From contig KZ538038.1 of assembly GCA_000934665.2 (NCBI GenBank), forward strand, positions 62,001-126,000: a DNA stretch of 64,000 bases, read 5' to 3'. Under the pieces are notes generated by a model. The model did not search any database and had not been told where the DNA came from. It saw only the letters and a list, made by a program, of their open reading frames with translations. Both the position numbers and the translations under genes were made by a program. Positions 11,249-26,400 of the stretch are shown here, in pieces. The stretch comes from Catajapyx aquilonaris (lineage: Eukaryota). How positions within the stretch are numbered: the stretch's first letter is position 1; each line of letters opens with the position of its first letter.

Positions 11249-14200
11249 AAAAATATATCAGACACCTCGTATATTAAAGCAATATTCGGTCGAATTGAGT
11301 GATTTCTATGTCCTAAATCATAATGATGGTTTATTAATGAACGTTTAATACATTACTAACAACCAATTTTGATTCATCCGCACCTCCTCATATTATAGTC
11401 TTCTAACAGTCTGGCTTCACCTACTGCAATCTATCATTCTTACACGTGCACACTTTACGGACACATCCGATACAGTGCATCATAATTCAGTAGGTGCACC
11501 TGATGACAAAAGGTTGTCCTTCCTTCGAGACCGGCCTTAAAATACACTGGGGCTTGAAGTCCAATAAGAAGCTATATACGGTGCATCAGCAGCAGGAGAG
11601 TGTATACGGCGAATGCTTAAACCACAAGAGGATACCTGATCCAACAGGGAAGATCGATAGGGGCATAAATAAACCCGGGGGTTAAATCCTGCGTGTCACT
11701 CACTGATTCAAAACGCGCTCCGTACGCACGCAGCCCCCCTGCAATTTCCCAGGATCATATTTTCCCAGGGTTTGCGAAGGTCGCAGACGTCACCCTGTTG
11801 GCATACCGATGCCTTTTTAATCCGTATTTATATCTTCACAAGGTGTTTCATAATGATTCAAACGTCGCCAGGTGGAGTGTATAGTTATGAGACACACTGC
11901 GCTTCACATGAAATGTGGCGTAGGAAGCCGCGAGCTGTTATTAATAATGCAAAATGTCGCTCCCATTCATAAAATTAGGGCAGGTGAGGCGCAGAGGGTG
12001 ATTCGTCTTGTTTCGTTTTCGGGGTCGGCCCCATTTAATATTTTACTCGGTTGCAGAACCCGCGGCATGTGTGTGCCTTTCAGAAAGTGCCATTTGTCCA
12101 ACCGCAGCACTCTATGAAGCTGACATTACTGTGTGGCACTAGAGGAAAAGACGGGCGGTACCACAACAATACAACCAAAAAAAAGAGAGACAAAGGTATC
12201 GCAAAACAATATGCAAATTAGTGGCGTGCAAATTTTTAATTGTGAGGTCTGATTGCAGTACTGGCAATGTTAATTACATAGTTGCAGCAACCCTCTGCTG
12301 CATACAAAATGAAACATCTACAGTATTTAAAAGTTGTGTACCTCTGAGCAATGTAGCCTGTAAAAATTTTCGGTTACCTGAGCCAACTCCCTGTAGCGTC
12401 CCGTTATGTGAATATTATTCAGTAAAGTTAACGGGTCGGTTGTTGATTATTTGCTGTAGTTTTCTTGATGTATAAGTTATGCAATGTGGCCTGCCATGTA
12501 TAGATTATGACATTGAAACCCCCCTGGAAGCACTCCTGTGGGGCAGTTAACTTATCGATTCTACAGCTTAAGAGGGGGCGTCGCTCAAATCACCAGAAGT
12601 GACAGGAACTGGGGCAATGAAGGTGACAATTTCGTGGCGAGGAAAAATAATGCCCGCTTTTGTGTCCTTGACGAGAGAAGAAAAAAAAAACTGTAGTAAA
12701 TATATCCAGAACTGTGACATTTCGCAATATTTTTGCAATAGTGTTGCATGTTTCCGCAACTGGGCAGTTATTGCAGTTTGCAATTCTTAGAATGCCTTTT
12801 TTGAGTAATTGCGATTAGCACGAGTGTGTGCCAGAAGCATTTCCGCAAAACACATTTTGCTAATGCGCGCTCTTAAGCTTTCCATGTCCATACAACCGAT
12901 CCAAGTCACGCATATGGCGACAATGAAAAGGCATATAAAATATAAAAAGTATACACCAACACATAGTTTGCTCGCAATCAATGACAGTTTCGTGTCCACA
13001 AATCATTCTGCAGTTTGTATTCGGAAAAAGTGCTCTCCAGCCTTTTCATTCCGACAATTGATCATATCGTTGCGATACATGCCTTATTTTTGATCAGTAC
13101 ATAAAAAAAGTAGGGCGCCGCCACATCGACAAGGGTTGTCTTACATGCTGATAAAGTTGGCGGAAACCAGTGCCAGCTATAGTAAACGTGCAATTTCGCT
13201 CTTTGATCGCGGTTTTAGTGCAAGTACCACTCGGATGTCCAGGGCCCAGGACTTGAGATAAAATCGATGCGAATTTCCCAGAGTTTACGCATGTAGTAAG
13301 TACCATGCAGCCTAAGTGCTACATGATCCTCTAATGCACAAGGTGGTACACTGGCCAAATACATACCCCCAAACATTGGAATTGAGAGAAATCGTTTTAC
13401 GAATTGCACGCTTCAGAAACGAGTTTAACTAGAGGCAACAATTACGACCAATAACTGTCTGTTCGGGTAAAAATTTAAAGCATTTTCCGTTCTCTGTACT
13501 TAGACTTGGCCAGTGCACTAGCTGCTGAAAAATAGTAATTACCTTGTTGCTCCAGTGGTTCTCCAATTGCATCGATTGAAAGCACCCAAAAAAAAAAGTT
13601 CGGATTTCTCGGCTCGAGTTAGCCTATTGTGCACTTTGCTCGCATCGGAAAAAGTTGTAAAAGCAATGTCACTACCTAACACCTGTAGTTCATAAAAGCA
13701 CGTCATTATGACGTCGGGTTTTTGTCGACCACAAAGTAGCGAATAACAAAAATGCCAAATATTGCTCTTGAAAGTTCGGCTTTCAATTATGCAAAATAAG
13801 GTCGGCTTTCAATTGCTGGACAAGGATGCTGTTGCATACTTCTCAGGATGAATTCCGGGAACGTTACGGTTTATTGTCACAATTATTCATTAATTGTAAT
13901 TAATATTTCAGACAGCAAAAGCAGGCAAGAATCCGCGTCTTGCTGTACCCTAAATCTTCTCGAGCAGTAATACACTCGAGGTGGTGTTCACGTAACGTGC
14001 ATAACACGATCGGACAAAATTCACCAGTCGAGACATCCCATTGATTTCTGGAGCTTTCTCTTCGTCGACGATGACATCTTGTAAGACTGCGGGAAAAGAA
14101 CAAAAAAAAAGAGATGGGGAGGAGGGGGGGGACGACGACAGTGAGAGAGAGTTGAGAAAGAGACTGTCGGAATTGGTGCTCGGGGACAGCGACAAATCGG

Positions 14201-17200
14201 AAAACCTTTCCCACGAGGTGACGCTGATTCCTGATCCCTGTCGTGAGAGCATCTTACTTGTTATAGGTGCTGAGTGCAGCTATTTTGAAGGCTCCAGGGA
14301 AGGAGGGAAGGAGCCGGGAATTCCCCGCGGTGTTCAAGCTAAGTGAGGCCTAGGTGTCACTCCAGGCGCCATACGCGAGAGGAAAGCTGCCAATCTTTTT
14401 TCTCAGAGACGTTCTTTCTTCTAACCGCACGAGAGAAGCATAATTTGCTCGACGGGTGATTAGACTGATCGATTAAGAAGGGATCGTGCAGGTCACACAA
14501 ATGATGATGACGCTCTTTGGGAAGCAAAATGGAGTCGTCGATGATATCGCTGGAGACTCTCAGAAGGATGACGGGAGGGACTTAACCGGCTTGTTTACCA
14601 CTGAGAGGAAGATTTAATCCTTTCGATGGGATTATTCCTTTTCCCTCCGCATGTGCTCATGACGGCGGCTAATCTCACTTGAGCCTGGACCACCACACGA
14701 AGGGGGCCACTGGGTTTATATCGGGGGGCTCCTGGGCACTTCAAAGGTCAGCACCATGTCATTATGTGTATACGTGTCATGCTCCGGTTGCAAAGTGGCA
14801 GTCCTGCTGGTTTTGCGTTTGTTACTGTAACAAAATGATTACAATCACACAAGCGGTTGGTCCAGATGAAATTGCACTTTACATCTAGAGACAATTCATA
14901 GCCGAGCAGAAATACAGTGTTACAGTACTTTTCCCATTTAATTCCGTTTAAAATTCAGCCTACGAGCAAACTGACTCGGTGTAAAAAATGTTGGGGCAGG
15001 AGCGAGGTTCATAGGAAACGCAGCAAAATCGACTGAAGTGTCTCTTGCACTGTACAACTGAATGAGAAATCCTCTGAAAGATGACAGGCGCACTGAACGT
15101 TTGACGTAATTTGTACTCGAGCTAGTAAGGTCCTCTTGCATTAACTGATATTAAGCAAAATACATACCTAATAGAACAAGTGCATAATAATAGGTGCAGT
15201 GAGGTTTCGACGAGATTAGGTTAGCAATCATGTACCTGTACTACAAGTTTAATCAGTGTTTATTTCATTTGATAAAAGGTATACTATACCAACATGCTCC
15301 AATCGTATGGAGTATAGCCTGAAGCGAGGCCTCAGACAAATTGAAGCCCGCTGGAATATTATGAACAACGGTAAATCATGTTGGGCCAAACCTACTCAAA
15401 TGCCTCGGGTGCAGTTTGGCTGTAGCGATAGGCCTGTACTAGATAATTGCCTAGTAGGCATCCCAAATATTAGGAAGCAAAATGATAACGAGTTCGGACT
15501 GAAAATTATTAACGCCAAGAGAAAACATCGATGTTACACTCACTTCCAGCCTTACACCCCCCAGCAATGCTCATTATCGCTCAGTTTTTTTTCTCTCTCT
15601 TGCTAATTATTGTTTTGGCAGCTCCCGAGTTGAAATTTTGCAAGTTTCCGTAAACATTTGCGCGCTTCAATCACAGTAATGTCTGAACTTGCTGTATTCA
15701 TAACTTACCAACAGGATGGTCCAAAACCCCCTTTTTCCACTAGTCGTGGCTGGTTCAAACAATATCTCTGCAACTTTGTTTTTCAGCCAGAAACGTTCCG
15801 GCAGTAACTTTCCAGCTGGTTAAAAGCAAACATTTTGTCTGCTAGAAAACGAGACCATTCCGGATTCCAACCGTGTCTTCTTCTCTTCTCTTCTCCCTCG
15901 CTGTGTAATCTAATTTGAAAGGAAATGATATTGTCTGGGGGGTAAGGCCAATATTTGCCATATCTGCACCGTCTGTTAAGTTTCCAGTGTTTGGAGGAAG
16001 TGCAAGGCAGTAATTCGCGGATTTGCCCAAAGAAGGAGCCGCCTTTGAAGTGAGACTGTCGACAGAGACGCGAAACGCTTTCTTTGATTACACCTGAATT
16101 TTGCTGGCAATGCAAACTCATTAACACCTTAATGGCTGTTCCGATGCTGCTGCTGGAAGGAAGAGAGGGAAAAGGACTTTGTAGAGTTTACCCCCACGAA
16201 TTCTGGCGTAACTTCACCAAACTCTGAATATTTCAGGATCTGAGGAAAATATTTCCTCGTGACCTTCAAAAAAAAAAACATGCTCTTTCTTTGACGCTAA
16301 CTGACTGCCGGGCGAGATTCATTTCTCCGACAATGAGCAGCAATTAAAATGCCTTTCGCCTCTTCAAGCTCAAATACGTGCACCAAATATTAACCTCAAA
16401 CCATATATTATGCATGCGAACTGTTGACGAACCTAGCGCACTGATGCACACACAAACGTGAAATTTTTGTTGCAATAATCACCGTAATTAAAGTGAATGC
16501 TCCAATTCGACCCAAAGAGCTCTTGGCCTCCATGAAAAAAAAAATCCAATGACAACTGTTCAGTTTTGATGTGATGAACCTGTATGAACCAAATTGCGCC
16601 AAATCAAGTGGCCCGGCAGTTTCTATGGGATATAAAAAAAAAACTCTGGAGTGCCATCACACATCATTGAGCATGGTGCAAACCAAGCGGAAAGTTAATT
16701 TTTCCGCAGGTCCTTCCCAAAAATAACATTTGGGGGGGGTTTGAAATTAGAGTAGTTCGTGACCTGAAACCTCAATCCGAGATGCTCCCGGACACAACTC
16801 AAACCAGAACTTTCTGAGAAATGAATGGCGGTCAGGGCAGGCAGCAGCATAGCAAGGGAAGGAAGCTCCTGGGGTTTTCTCTGCAGAAATCGAAGTTGGA
16901 AGTACAACTGCAACATCTAGGGATTAGGAGTTGTTGTAAAGGGAAGGGGGGTTTGAAGAGAGGAAGGATTTTGTCGCTTGCTTGAGCAGCACAAAACCCT
17001 TCCCTTTTACTTTGGAAGCTGAAAATTTTCCTCTCTTCTCTCTTCTGCTCTGAAAAGACAGCAGCGACTCACTTGGCACCACTTACAACAGGATTTGCTT
17101 CTAAAACCCCTGCCCACCCAGGAAGCTGACGAAGTTTAAGCCAGAAACTTGTGAAGAGGGGTTGTCACCTGACACTTGTAAGTTATGCTGTGGATTTCAC

Positions 17201-20200
17201 TTCGGAGACCTCCTGAATTCTCTCTCTCTCTCTACTCAACCCAGAGAGGTCCGCATGAAGCTGAATTAAGCGCCGCAGGGTTGCTGCTGCTGGATGACAA
17301 ATTATTTGCGACAATGCCTGCCTGCGCCACAATAACTTATTATTGGGGTGCTGGAGACATATAACTTTGGGAGTGGGGGGCTAAGGCAACCTGGGATTTA
17401 CCTTCATCTGCCACGCAAATCCTAAACTTGTGTATATGTATATACATAGGGTGTTTCGTGATGAATCGGACCAAACTTTAGGGCACTTCCTGGGCACAAC
17501 AGGATCACTTTATGTAGAGGTTTGGTCCTCGAGTCCTCGTTACTGAGATAATTAGCTTCAACAAGGTGTAACACACACATTCGGACAGCAGCGACCTTGC
17601 CTTTTCATTTTAAAATGTAGCAGTGTTGGTTAAAACTGTGATATTATTAATGGACGTATAATAAGACTGTGTCCGAAACAATTCACTATTTGGTTAATGC
17701 TAATAATTATCTCAGCAACCAGGATACGGACAGAAAGCAACACCTCGACGTATAAAGTGCACTTGAATTCTCTAAAAGTTTCCCTGCATCATTTTGCATG
17801 CATTTCAAAGGAAAATGTCGGAAAATACTGTACGTCCCTACGTCTACAAAATATTCAAAACGTTAAGTGCACTCTCTGCATTTCTGATCTTCAAAGACAT
17901 CGCTGTTGTACTGTACAGGTTTTGTGTGTCAGTAAAATGCCACGTACTGTATACACTATGCTTCATACAGACGTCAGATTATGTATCCGCCTACATAGAC
18001 CAGCCGCAAGCTACTTTAGAACCATAATGCGCAAAGATATAGTTGGAAGGAAACATATTAAAGGGCTCTAGCACTTGATTTAATTTTCAGTACTCCATTA
18101 AAAGTCCCGGAATTTCATAGCCATGTCGTTTACTTCCATATAAGAAAGGAAGGCAAGCTTATTTTTATTATATAACTGGTTGTCGTTTTTAATGCAAAGT
18201 TTGATGTGCAGTGTGTGCTGCGTTCATTTGGGGGTACATTTTCCCATTTTGGCGGAAGGGCCCGCAATATGTAATTGGAACTGAAGCTGACAGGATGATA
18301 CAGCGGCTTTGAAGTGCTTTGTTTTCAACCAGTCCCCTCCATGTTATTGAATGAAGGAAAGACCAATTAATGAGCTCCCTTCTTCAAATAGCATTTTAAT
18401 TCCGGCATAGCTTGGCTAGCCACATAGGCAAACACTATCAGCAATAATGGACGGGGAAAGCCCCATCAAACGTGTCATTACAAAAAAAAAAGATAATGCT
18501 GACTGAAGCATAATTATTACGATATGATAGAAATGAAGTTCGTATTGAGCTATACTCTGCTTTAAGAAAATGCATAATAATCATATTGGCAGGCCTGACT
18601 GTCCTGAATGACGTCTCGCTGAAACTTTATGAATTTTATAAGGCATTGTAATCTGTGATGAAACAGCAGAGAATCCAACACTGAACCTTGTCCTCATTTA
18701 ATGTCCAATAAGGCCTGACAACAATGCCGTGCAAATAATAGCGAAATGCAACAAGGCGATGTCAGCCGTGTCTTGTGTGTACCGATTTCACGGTTCCAAA
18801 ATCAGGAGGAAAGCAGCTTTCATGCCGGAATCAATTACTCAGAACGTAATTAAGCCAGGCTGCGTCTGTTGGCACGCATGAAATGATAATTTTCTGCAGA
18901 GCAGAGGATTTTTTAAAAAGCATTCATCAGTGCTCCTTTTTTTTAGTCGACAACAATCCCATTTCGGGAGTTAATCATCGGCACCTTTTCATAATTATGA
19001 TCGCTGCCTTGGAGCGACAATTGATTTTTAGTTTGGAATCGTAATCCTCTTTTGCACATAGAGGCTCGTTGCCATTCGTCGCACAGAATGCCTTTAGATT
19101 ACGACTATTCCTCGAGAAAAGTAATTATTTTCAAACTTCGGATGTCGCCTGACACAGTTCCGTCATTATAATGCGAAAGTCGAGAAAGTTTCTATTGAAT
19201 TACATAACGCGTGAACTGCATGTACTGTACTGTACGGAACATAATATTACAATGAGGTTCTTACTTAAGAAAGACAGTGTCGGAGACTGTTTCATCAGCC
19301 TAAAGCTTTTAACGAATTTTTCTGCCTTTCCATTATAATTATGCTCCCAGGGTTGGAACTCGGAACATTTGTGATGAAGCAGACACTAAAACATGTGTAG
19401 GCATGTCGCCCCATGACAAAACAGCCTGTCTGCTTTTTAAAAAGCAAAATTCTGTTACATTTGAAGCACTTTTCTTATAAGCCTGTACTTATACGGAGCC
19501 AAGCTGACATTTAGACAACATTTTACAAAAACTGTCAAGGAAAATTTTAAAAGTGGCGATTTCTTCTTCATGCGAAATAATCGAGGGACAATTTCTGTTT
19601 TGTCAACCTATACAAAGGCCTGAGCCATTCAAGACACGTCATAGTCCACAATCGAATCATTGATCTAAAAATAGATCTGGTCTGCTTTGAGGAACTGTGC
19701 CAACAGCGAGGTCACGTCTTGACCACAAAGCTGACCAATTTTCTCTCTCTTTATCCCCCCCAAAAAAGGGGCAGCACTGATGTACACCCGAGTGAATCAT
19801 GTGCAGTTAGATTCAGTGAATCACAATCCAGGGTTTGAGTAGATTCAGGTCCGTTGGGGAGGAAAAGGCCTGAACTTTCCGCTCGAGGGGGTCAAAAGAG
19901 GACGTGTTTTGCGGCGGTGCTCCAAATGGCTTCTGCAGATGCACCCTGAATTGCAGCAAATACACAACCACACTTTTGTTTGCCAACTTTTTTTTTTGCG
20001 AAGAGGGAAAAGGGAAAGGGGCTTGGAGTAGGCTGCTTTCGCCCAACTTCTTTTTTTTTGTCGTATAGTTCCCCCACTCGATAGGAGTGGAGGCCTTCTG
20101 GCAACTGAGCCATGAACCGAATGAATTGACGTGGTGTTTGATGTCTGCTGCTGCCTTCAGAGAGACAGTTCTACATGATTCACTCAGTTCTGTGACACTC

Positions 20201-23200
20201 GTCCTGACCTGGCCGCAATATTGATGCACTTGTAATATGACAGCAAGAGTCCACGAAACCGTTTGAATGTGGATGCTCGTTAATCATTTCTGAAGATGCT
20301 ATGCGCTGTTTAACATTACATTAATCACTCAAAGTTTAGTGCAGATGCTCGGAATCTGAAGGGGGGCGACAACATACAGCAAAAACATGTTCAAAAATAA
20401 ATAAACCGCGATATTCAGGTGAAGTGACGGGCTTTAGTCACGTACCTCTGCTTATTAACTAATTAAATTTTCTGGAGGTAAGTCTCAGTTGTGGAGGACA
20501 TTTCAGCGGTAATAATGTCCGGAGACGATCATGGTTATGGAGGGAATTATGATCGGTTTAAAAATGAGGACGCGGGCAATTGCGCCTATTTTAAGTTATA
20601 TCCCAGTAAAATTGCTGGGCGCAAAATTTATTAGGCCCTTTAATACAAGCTGTAACCGCTTCGACTGAAGGTATAAAAATATTTTAACCGCGTTTTGAAG
20701 AGTCCGGCAGAATAATAAATCTCAAATTTTATTTAAAACGGTGCTGCATTTGAGAAGAAGCGAGTTATTAACTCGGACATTTCACGTTAATTCAAACAGA
20801 GTGGTTTTGTTTTTCAAATTTATGTGCACAGACACATAGATTTTTGTCTAGAATAAAATATTGACATCAGTTCATATGAAAAAAAGCAATTTTACAACTG
20901 GGCGAAACAAATGTCATATTTCAATGTTTTGATATTCTGAAGAAAAGGGGGGAAAATGTGCTTTGTCAAACGTTTTAGTTAATTTTATTCCAAAAGATAA
21001 TCGAGTTAAAATTAACTAGAGCGATGCGGAAATTTTTCTCTCGAAAGGTCGATAAATTAATATAGAATAAAATATCACCATGTTTTTCTCAAGCTTTTTA
21101 CAAATTATGAGGTGCAGGTTGTATAATTCTGCAAATTGAAGTAAAGAGAACTCTTAATATACACTCTCAACTTTTGAAGAGTATATCTTTCATAGTGCAT
21201 ATAAAAGCAGCATTTCAAAGCCTTGAAAAACTTTGCATCGTTCATTTTTTTAAAAAAAAAGTCCGGATGCAAAGCAATTTGCATGCTGTAGCGAGTCACT
21301 ACGTTTTACCTGCTAATTATTACCGCCGAAGTGTTCAAAAAGTTGTTATCCGCCAAGAATCGTTTCAATTTCCGTTTCCGTCACTCCTTCTTCCATTTCC
21401 AAGAAGTCTCCCCCCATAATTCTGCAATAATTGGCGCTGATTGCACTTTGTTAATTACGCCCTCTAATAAGTTCTACTCCCGAAATTGCTCTCGGACAAC
21501 TTCGTTTTCCCCTTTTCCGAATTGCATCCACCTCTTTTTGGTTCACTCCAGTGCCTCTGATGCACACTTCCTAGGAGACAAATTACACAAGAGCTCACTG
21601 TACATGCCCACTCCAAAAAAGCACTTTGGAAAGAAAAGAAAAAAAATCCGTGCTGGTGGAAAAATGCCCCCCGTTATATTCAATTAGAGCAGCAAAGTGG
21701 CGCGTGGGCAGATAGAAAGAGCCTACTTTTTTTAAAACTTTGATCCACACCCTGTACTTGTAAGACATACATATTGGCATGAATTTCGTGTCAGTCTCAT
21801 GTAGCCAAAGCTGCGATGATATTCTCTCCATCCCCTTGAGGTTAAGAGGAGTTTGAGTGGCGAGAAATCCCATCAGGTCTAGCGTCTAATGATGCTCCAC
21901 GGAGCTATTCCTGGACACACTCTACACCTACCGACACTGTCGGGGGTTAATGATGAACCCAGTGTCACATCAGAGGACACCAGATTATTAGAGGAGCCTC
22001 GCCCACCAGCTTAATCAGCACTTGGTGTGCTTATAATAACAGCACGCTTTAAACCCCTCCTGATGATTCTCGACATTTTCATTCGAATGTGTTGGAAATT
22101 ATTATTAATTAATAATTAATAATTCGATTAAATTCACCTCTCGACCTCAGAAACAGTGCCCCTCTTGATTACGAATAGAGACTTAGATGAAGTCTGGGAA
22201 ACTCTTGTTGGGTAAACACTGTGGGATTCCTGGCCTCTCGAGTGAAGAGCAATCGGTGCACATTCCTCCAGAGTTTGGAAGCAAGGAAAACCCCTTTACT
22301 CCCCTACCCCCCTCAGAATCTGAACAACAATTAGATGGCAGACAGAACTCTTGATCCTGGGATTCATTTCCACAATGCAAATGTCACTTCAATTTCGAAT
22401 TCTAGTTACGGGTTTTTATTTCCTTGAAGAGATTGCACAGTACCTGAAATTTCCTATTTTACCAGATGCACAAGATGGATCTTCTGCACGTCTTGGCCTA
22501 AATATGACATAACTATTGCATCTTATTCTTAAAATAGGCTGAATAAAGGTTGTCTGAATTGTTTATGACCACAAGCGGGTTCGGTTATATTTAGCATTTC
22601 CATTAGCGAGTTTGCAAAATGCGACTACACTACAGGCAGTATTTAATTTTATATGCGAACAGTTGCCATGCAGTATAGAGAACCCAGAATTAGAATATTG
22701 ACGTCGGCTTTAAAAACCAGGCAGCAATTCTCTAAAGGACCACTGGCTCACATCAAATACCTGATGCAGTACTGCAAAAATAAATAATTGATACACTGCA
22801 GGAGGATCATCAAAGCAAATGACTACCGGGAAGTAATGATATGTTACTGTACATTACGGGGCAATATTAGTATGCTTACTAACAATTAGTGCCAACTTGG
22901 GCGTTAGATTCCCATGAAGTTTGACAGTGTCGTTATTATAATTATTCCCGAAATACGAAAAGAAATAGCAAGAATTTCTTTGCCAGATTTCTGGGAAATA
23001 TTGCTGCAGCTTTTCTTTGTAAAATAGATGAAGCAATATTTCCCAGGAATTTTTGTGAAGAGCTTATAACACGACGTGGCCAATATAGCTTTTTATAACG
23101 CAAACCAACTCATTCGTTTAACTTTGCCACCTTCAGAAACTCCTGCAGAATGCTAAACTGCAGCATGAGGCGAAGGCGCAGCTGTCCTTAATTTATTTAC

Positions 23201-23392
23201 CTTCAGCCAACAATACGCGAGGGTGAATTTACTCGACCCCGCAAAATAAATAAACCCTAGAAACCTCTTACCGTTTCCCTTGCTTCTTTTTTTTATTTAT
23301 TCCGACGACAATTTATTACCCTTTTCCGGTGGAGTGTCAGGAGTGTTCCGGTTTAGAAAGATTTTCCTCTCTTTTTTCTTCCTCCTGAGGGT

Positions 23393-23406
23393 GGGGGGGG
23401 GGGGGG
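23393..23406. repeat. poly-G tract
   Basis: G14 run. Confidence 0.9.
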
Positions 23407-26400
23407 TGTCGAGGGTTCAAACAAGGAAAGAAAAAAAAGAAAGATTCAAGTCTGAAAATCCTCCTATTGCTTGAAGTGTAGGATCGAAAAGGGAAGACCT
23501 GGACTGCATTTTTATCCCTAATCTTGACGTGGGTTATTGTAGGCGACGGACACACTTTGACCACGATCCAAGAAAAGTTCCAGGGAAGGTGTTGGAGATG
23601 GGTAGAGGTGTTTCAGGTTTTTATCTGTGGGATGACTAGAAATGGCTGCTACGCGACTCTTCCACAAAAATTTATATATAAAACTGGGATTTACTAGACA
23701 TGATTCATGGACGGTTTGTTCGGACAGAAGACTTGGCCTGAATAACTGCGTGCCACTGTAACTAATGGTTCTATCTCTTCTGTTGTCATACAGTATTCAG
23801 GCCAGTCTAGTGGAGCAAAAAAGGGTGGATTAAAATCAACTCTATTCGAAGGGTAGAAAAATTCGGGAAAACATCCGAACCAGATTTTTTCTTTAAAAAA
23901 AAGCCGTTCCATTTGATCCGAGCACAATTAAAAGCAAATATATATGCATAACCCGACTTCATGCCGCGGATACAGGGAAACTTGTACTGCAGGTCAATTG
24001 TTAAAATAATTTTCTATCTAGTCTAATGTGCACGTCCTGAATTCAAGTGCAGCACTGCGATTTTTGGTGTTGTGTATTATTATACAGTTAACCGTGTTTC
24101 CTATTTAAAATATCTGCAATACCAACAGTGTCATGATTAGTACACGAAGACGATTTAGCACAATTAATTTTTTAATTAACCTTTTTATGCGTCTAATTAA
24201 TTATAGGCTAAACCGCTACAGGGATATACCTGCCATACAGTCGTAACAATTTCTAGTCAAAGGTCTGGTACATTAATGAATAATGATGTACTGCTAGGCT
24301 AGTGTACTGTACATTAGGTGAAACTAATTATGGAAGAAACACCGCCATATTTAGTGATGAAATTTAAAAAACATGTTTCATGTGTTTATAAACTAGTTAC
24401 TCAAGTAATGTGTCATGGATCCCCCAATTAGGTTAACTGTCACTTGAAATGCAGGATTCTGCTTTGTTGTCCCTGCGCTCTTTGGGCTGGCCTAATTTAT
24501 AGTTAATTAATATTGCTTATCGAAGCCTATAATTAACTGAACCGTATGCTGTGTTGTATCTTGACACAACCATACAGTATGACATGGCAGGGAGAGTAAC
24601 AACCGAAAGTAATGCGCTATTGAACTGCTGGTTGAAAAATAATAACAGTTTCGCATTGCCCTGAATACCTATTAAAATATGACCAAATGGAAACGAAGTT
24701 AATGAGAGTATAACAACTACAAAGCCAAAACGGCCTAATGACCATAACAAGCACTTGTTTGTGACCAGTTAACCATTTATATCAATAATTTATTTGAGCG
24801 TATGACTAATGCATTCACTGAGACACACTCACGCGAGTTCAGCAAAATATTGTTAGTTACAGGCAATGTAGAGTTTCTGCCCAAAATGAGAAATATAAGA
24901 CGTACTGTACGTATATGCTGTGAAACAAAGCTATAGGTCATTGCGACCCCGTTTTGATTAACGCGTTTTAATTAGTTTTGAGCAGACGTTGTGACTTGGT
25001 GTCCGCAGAGCCATGACTCTGCTATGCGGCTCTGCTGCTGATGGTTCCTTTTAGGCAACAGCCATGACACACTTGTGGTATCATCTGGCAGCACACGCCA
25101 TCATTCAAGCAGCGGCTGTAACTGCAGAAGGTGTGACCGGGTGGGAGGAGGAGAAGAAGGGATGGGAGGAGAGGGGGAGGTCACACTTGGAATCCGAAAG
25201 TGTCACGAACTGTCGCCGTCGGGTTTGAAAAACGATTGGTCTCTCCCAACCCCTCTCTCCAAAAGAAAAGAGAGAGGGAGGGAGAAAAAAAGAAAGGGGG
25301 TTGGGACAGAGAGTAAAAAGAAAAAATTTCGAATTGGTCTAGAGGGACGCATTTTAGATCGAGAGGAAATTTTTCAGATTGTTTTTTTTATTATTCGTTT
25401 GAACTTGTCTAGGGGTAGACCCATGTTGGGCCACTAAGGCATTGATTATTATCAATGTTCCCTGTAAGAATAAGTGCAGAATATTTTAAATAATGAATGA
25501 GCACCTCCTTCTGAGGACTGTTTCGTAATAAATAGTGCACTTTTTGCTTAAAGATAATCATCTAGATGACAAGGCTGCAAATTCCAATATTATACATAAG
25601 TGATCTTCTGATACAGTTCACTCTTTATTTTAGCCATTGTAAAGCATTTAGGAATGCGAATTCCACATACAGTACTGACTCATCGTTCAGCTATTGTGTG
25701 TAAACAAAACCGCAACCGTAAACCAAATGTGAAAAAATATCATAATAATTCCCCAAATTTGCCTAGTGCAATAATATTTCTATCTCATATACCTTTGTTT
25801 ATTGTCATTTCATTTACTGACATTTTCTCTGCATAGTTAATGCATGGCATGAATATGAAGCTTGAACTGAAAACAGTGTATATACGGCAGTAATGTGATC
25901 CGGTAGATTATAAATTTTAAGTGGGATATTTTGCTCGTTATAATCATTTATCTTATTTAAACCAACGATGATCGTTAATAATTGCTTATTTACCACCAAA
26001 ATAGCTTCAATCATGCAGATGAGGATTCCCTGCACACTGCAAACTCTAAATTCATACAAATACTAGGCTATCATATGCATAATTTCGGATAGGCAATTAA
26101 ACCTGGAGCAGTGTGAATGAAATTATTTAGAATATAATATTTCCACATATTTCTCACATACCGATACAGTAATATTTTAATATGCAGTTTTCATTCAAAT
26201 TATGTATTAAAATTTAATGACACAGATAATCAGGTTGCCCACACGCTGCAGCATGACTACCTCATGGGTATAAACAAATACAGCAGTGTCGAGAGGTAAA
26301 TATTATGCACAGAGGTATTTGCAAATTTATAAATCCCTCACTAATTTTATTATCGATTTGGTATGGCTTATAGGTTCGATTAGATACCCAATTTAGCCTG

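Noticed and set aside
13608..13621. TCGGCTCGAGTTA, matching the 3' part of arthropod miR-375
   Set aside because: The seed region is absent and there is no hairpin.
14041..14346. 101-aa acidic/charged ORF
   Set aside because: It is explained by purine-rich A/G runs, starts at TTG, and has no convincing splice sites or homology.
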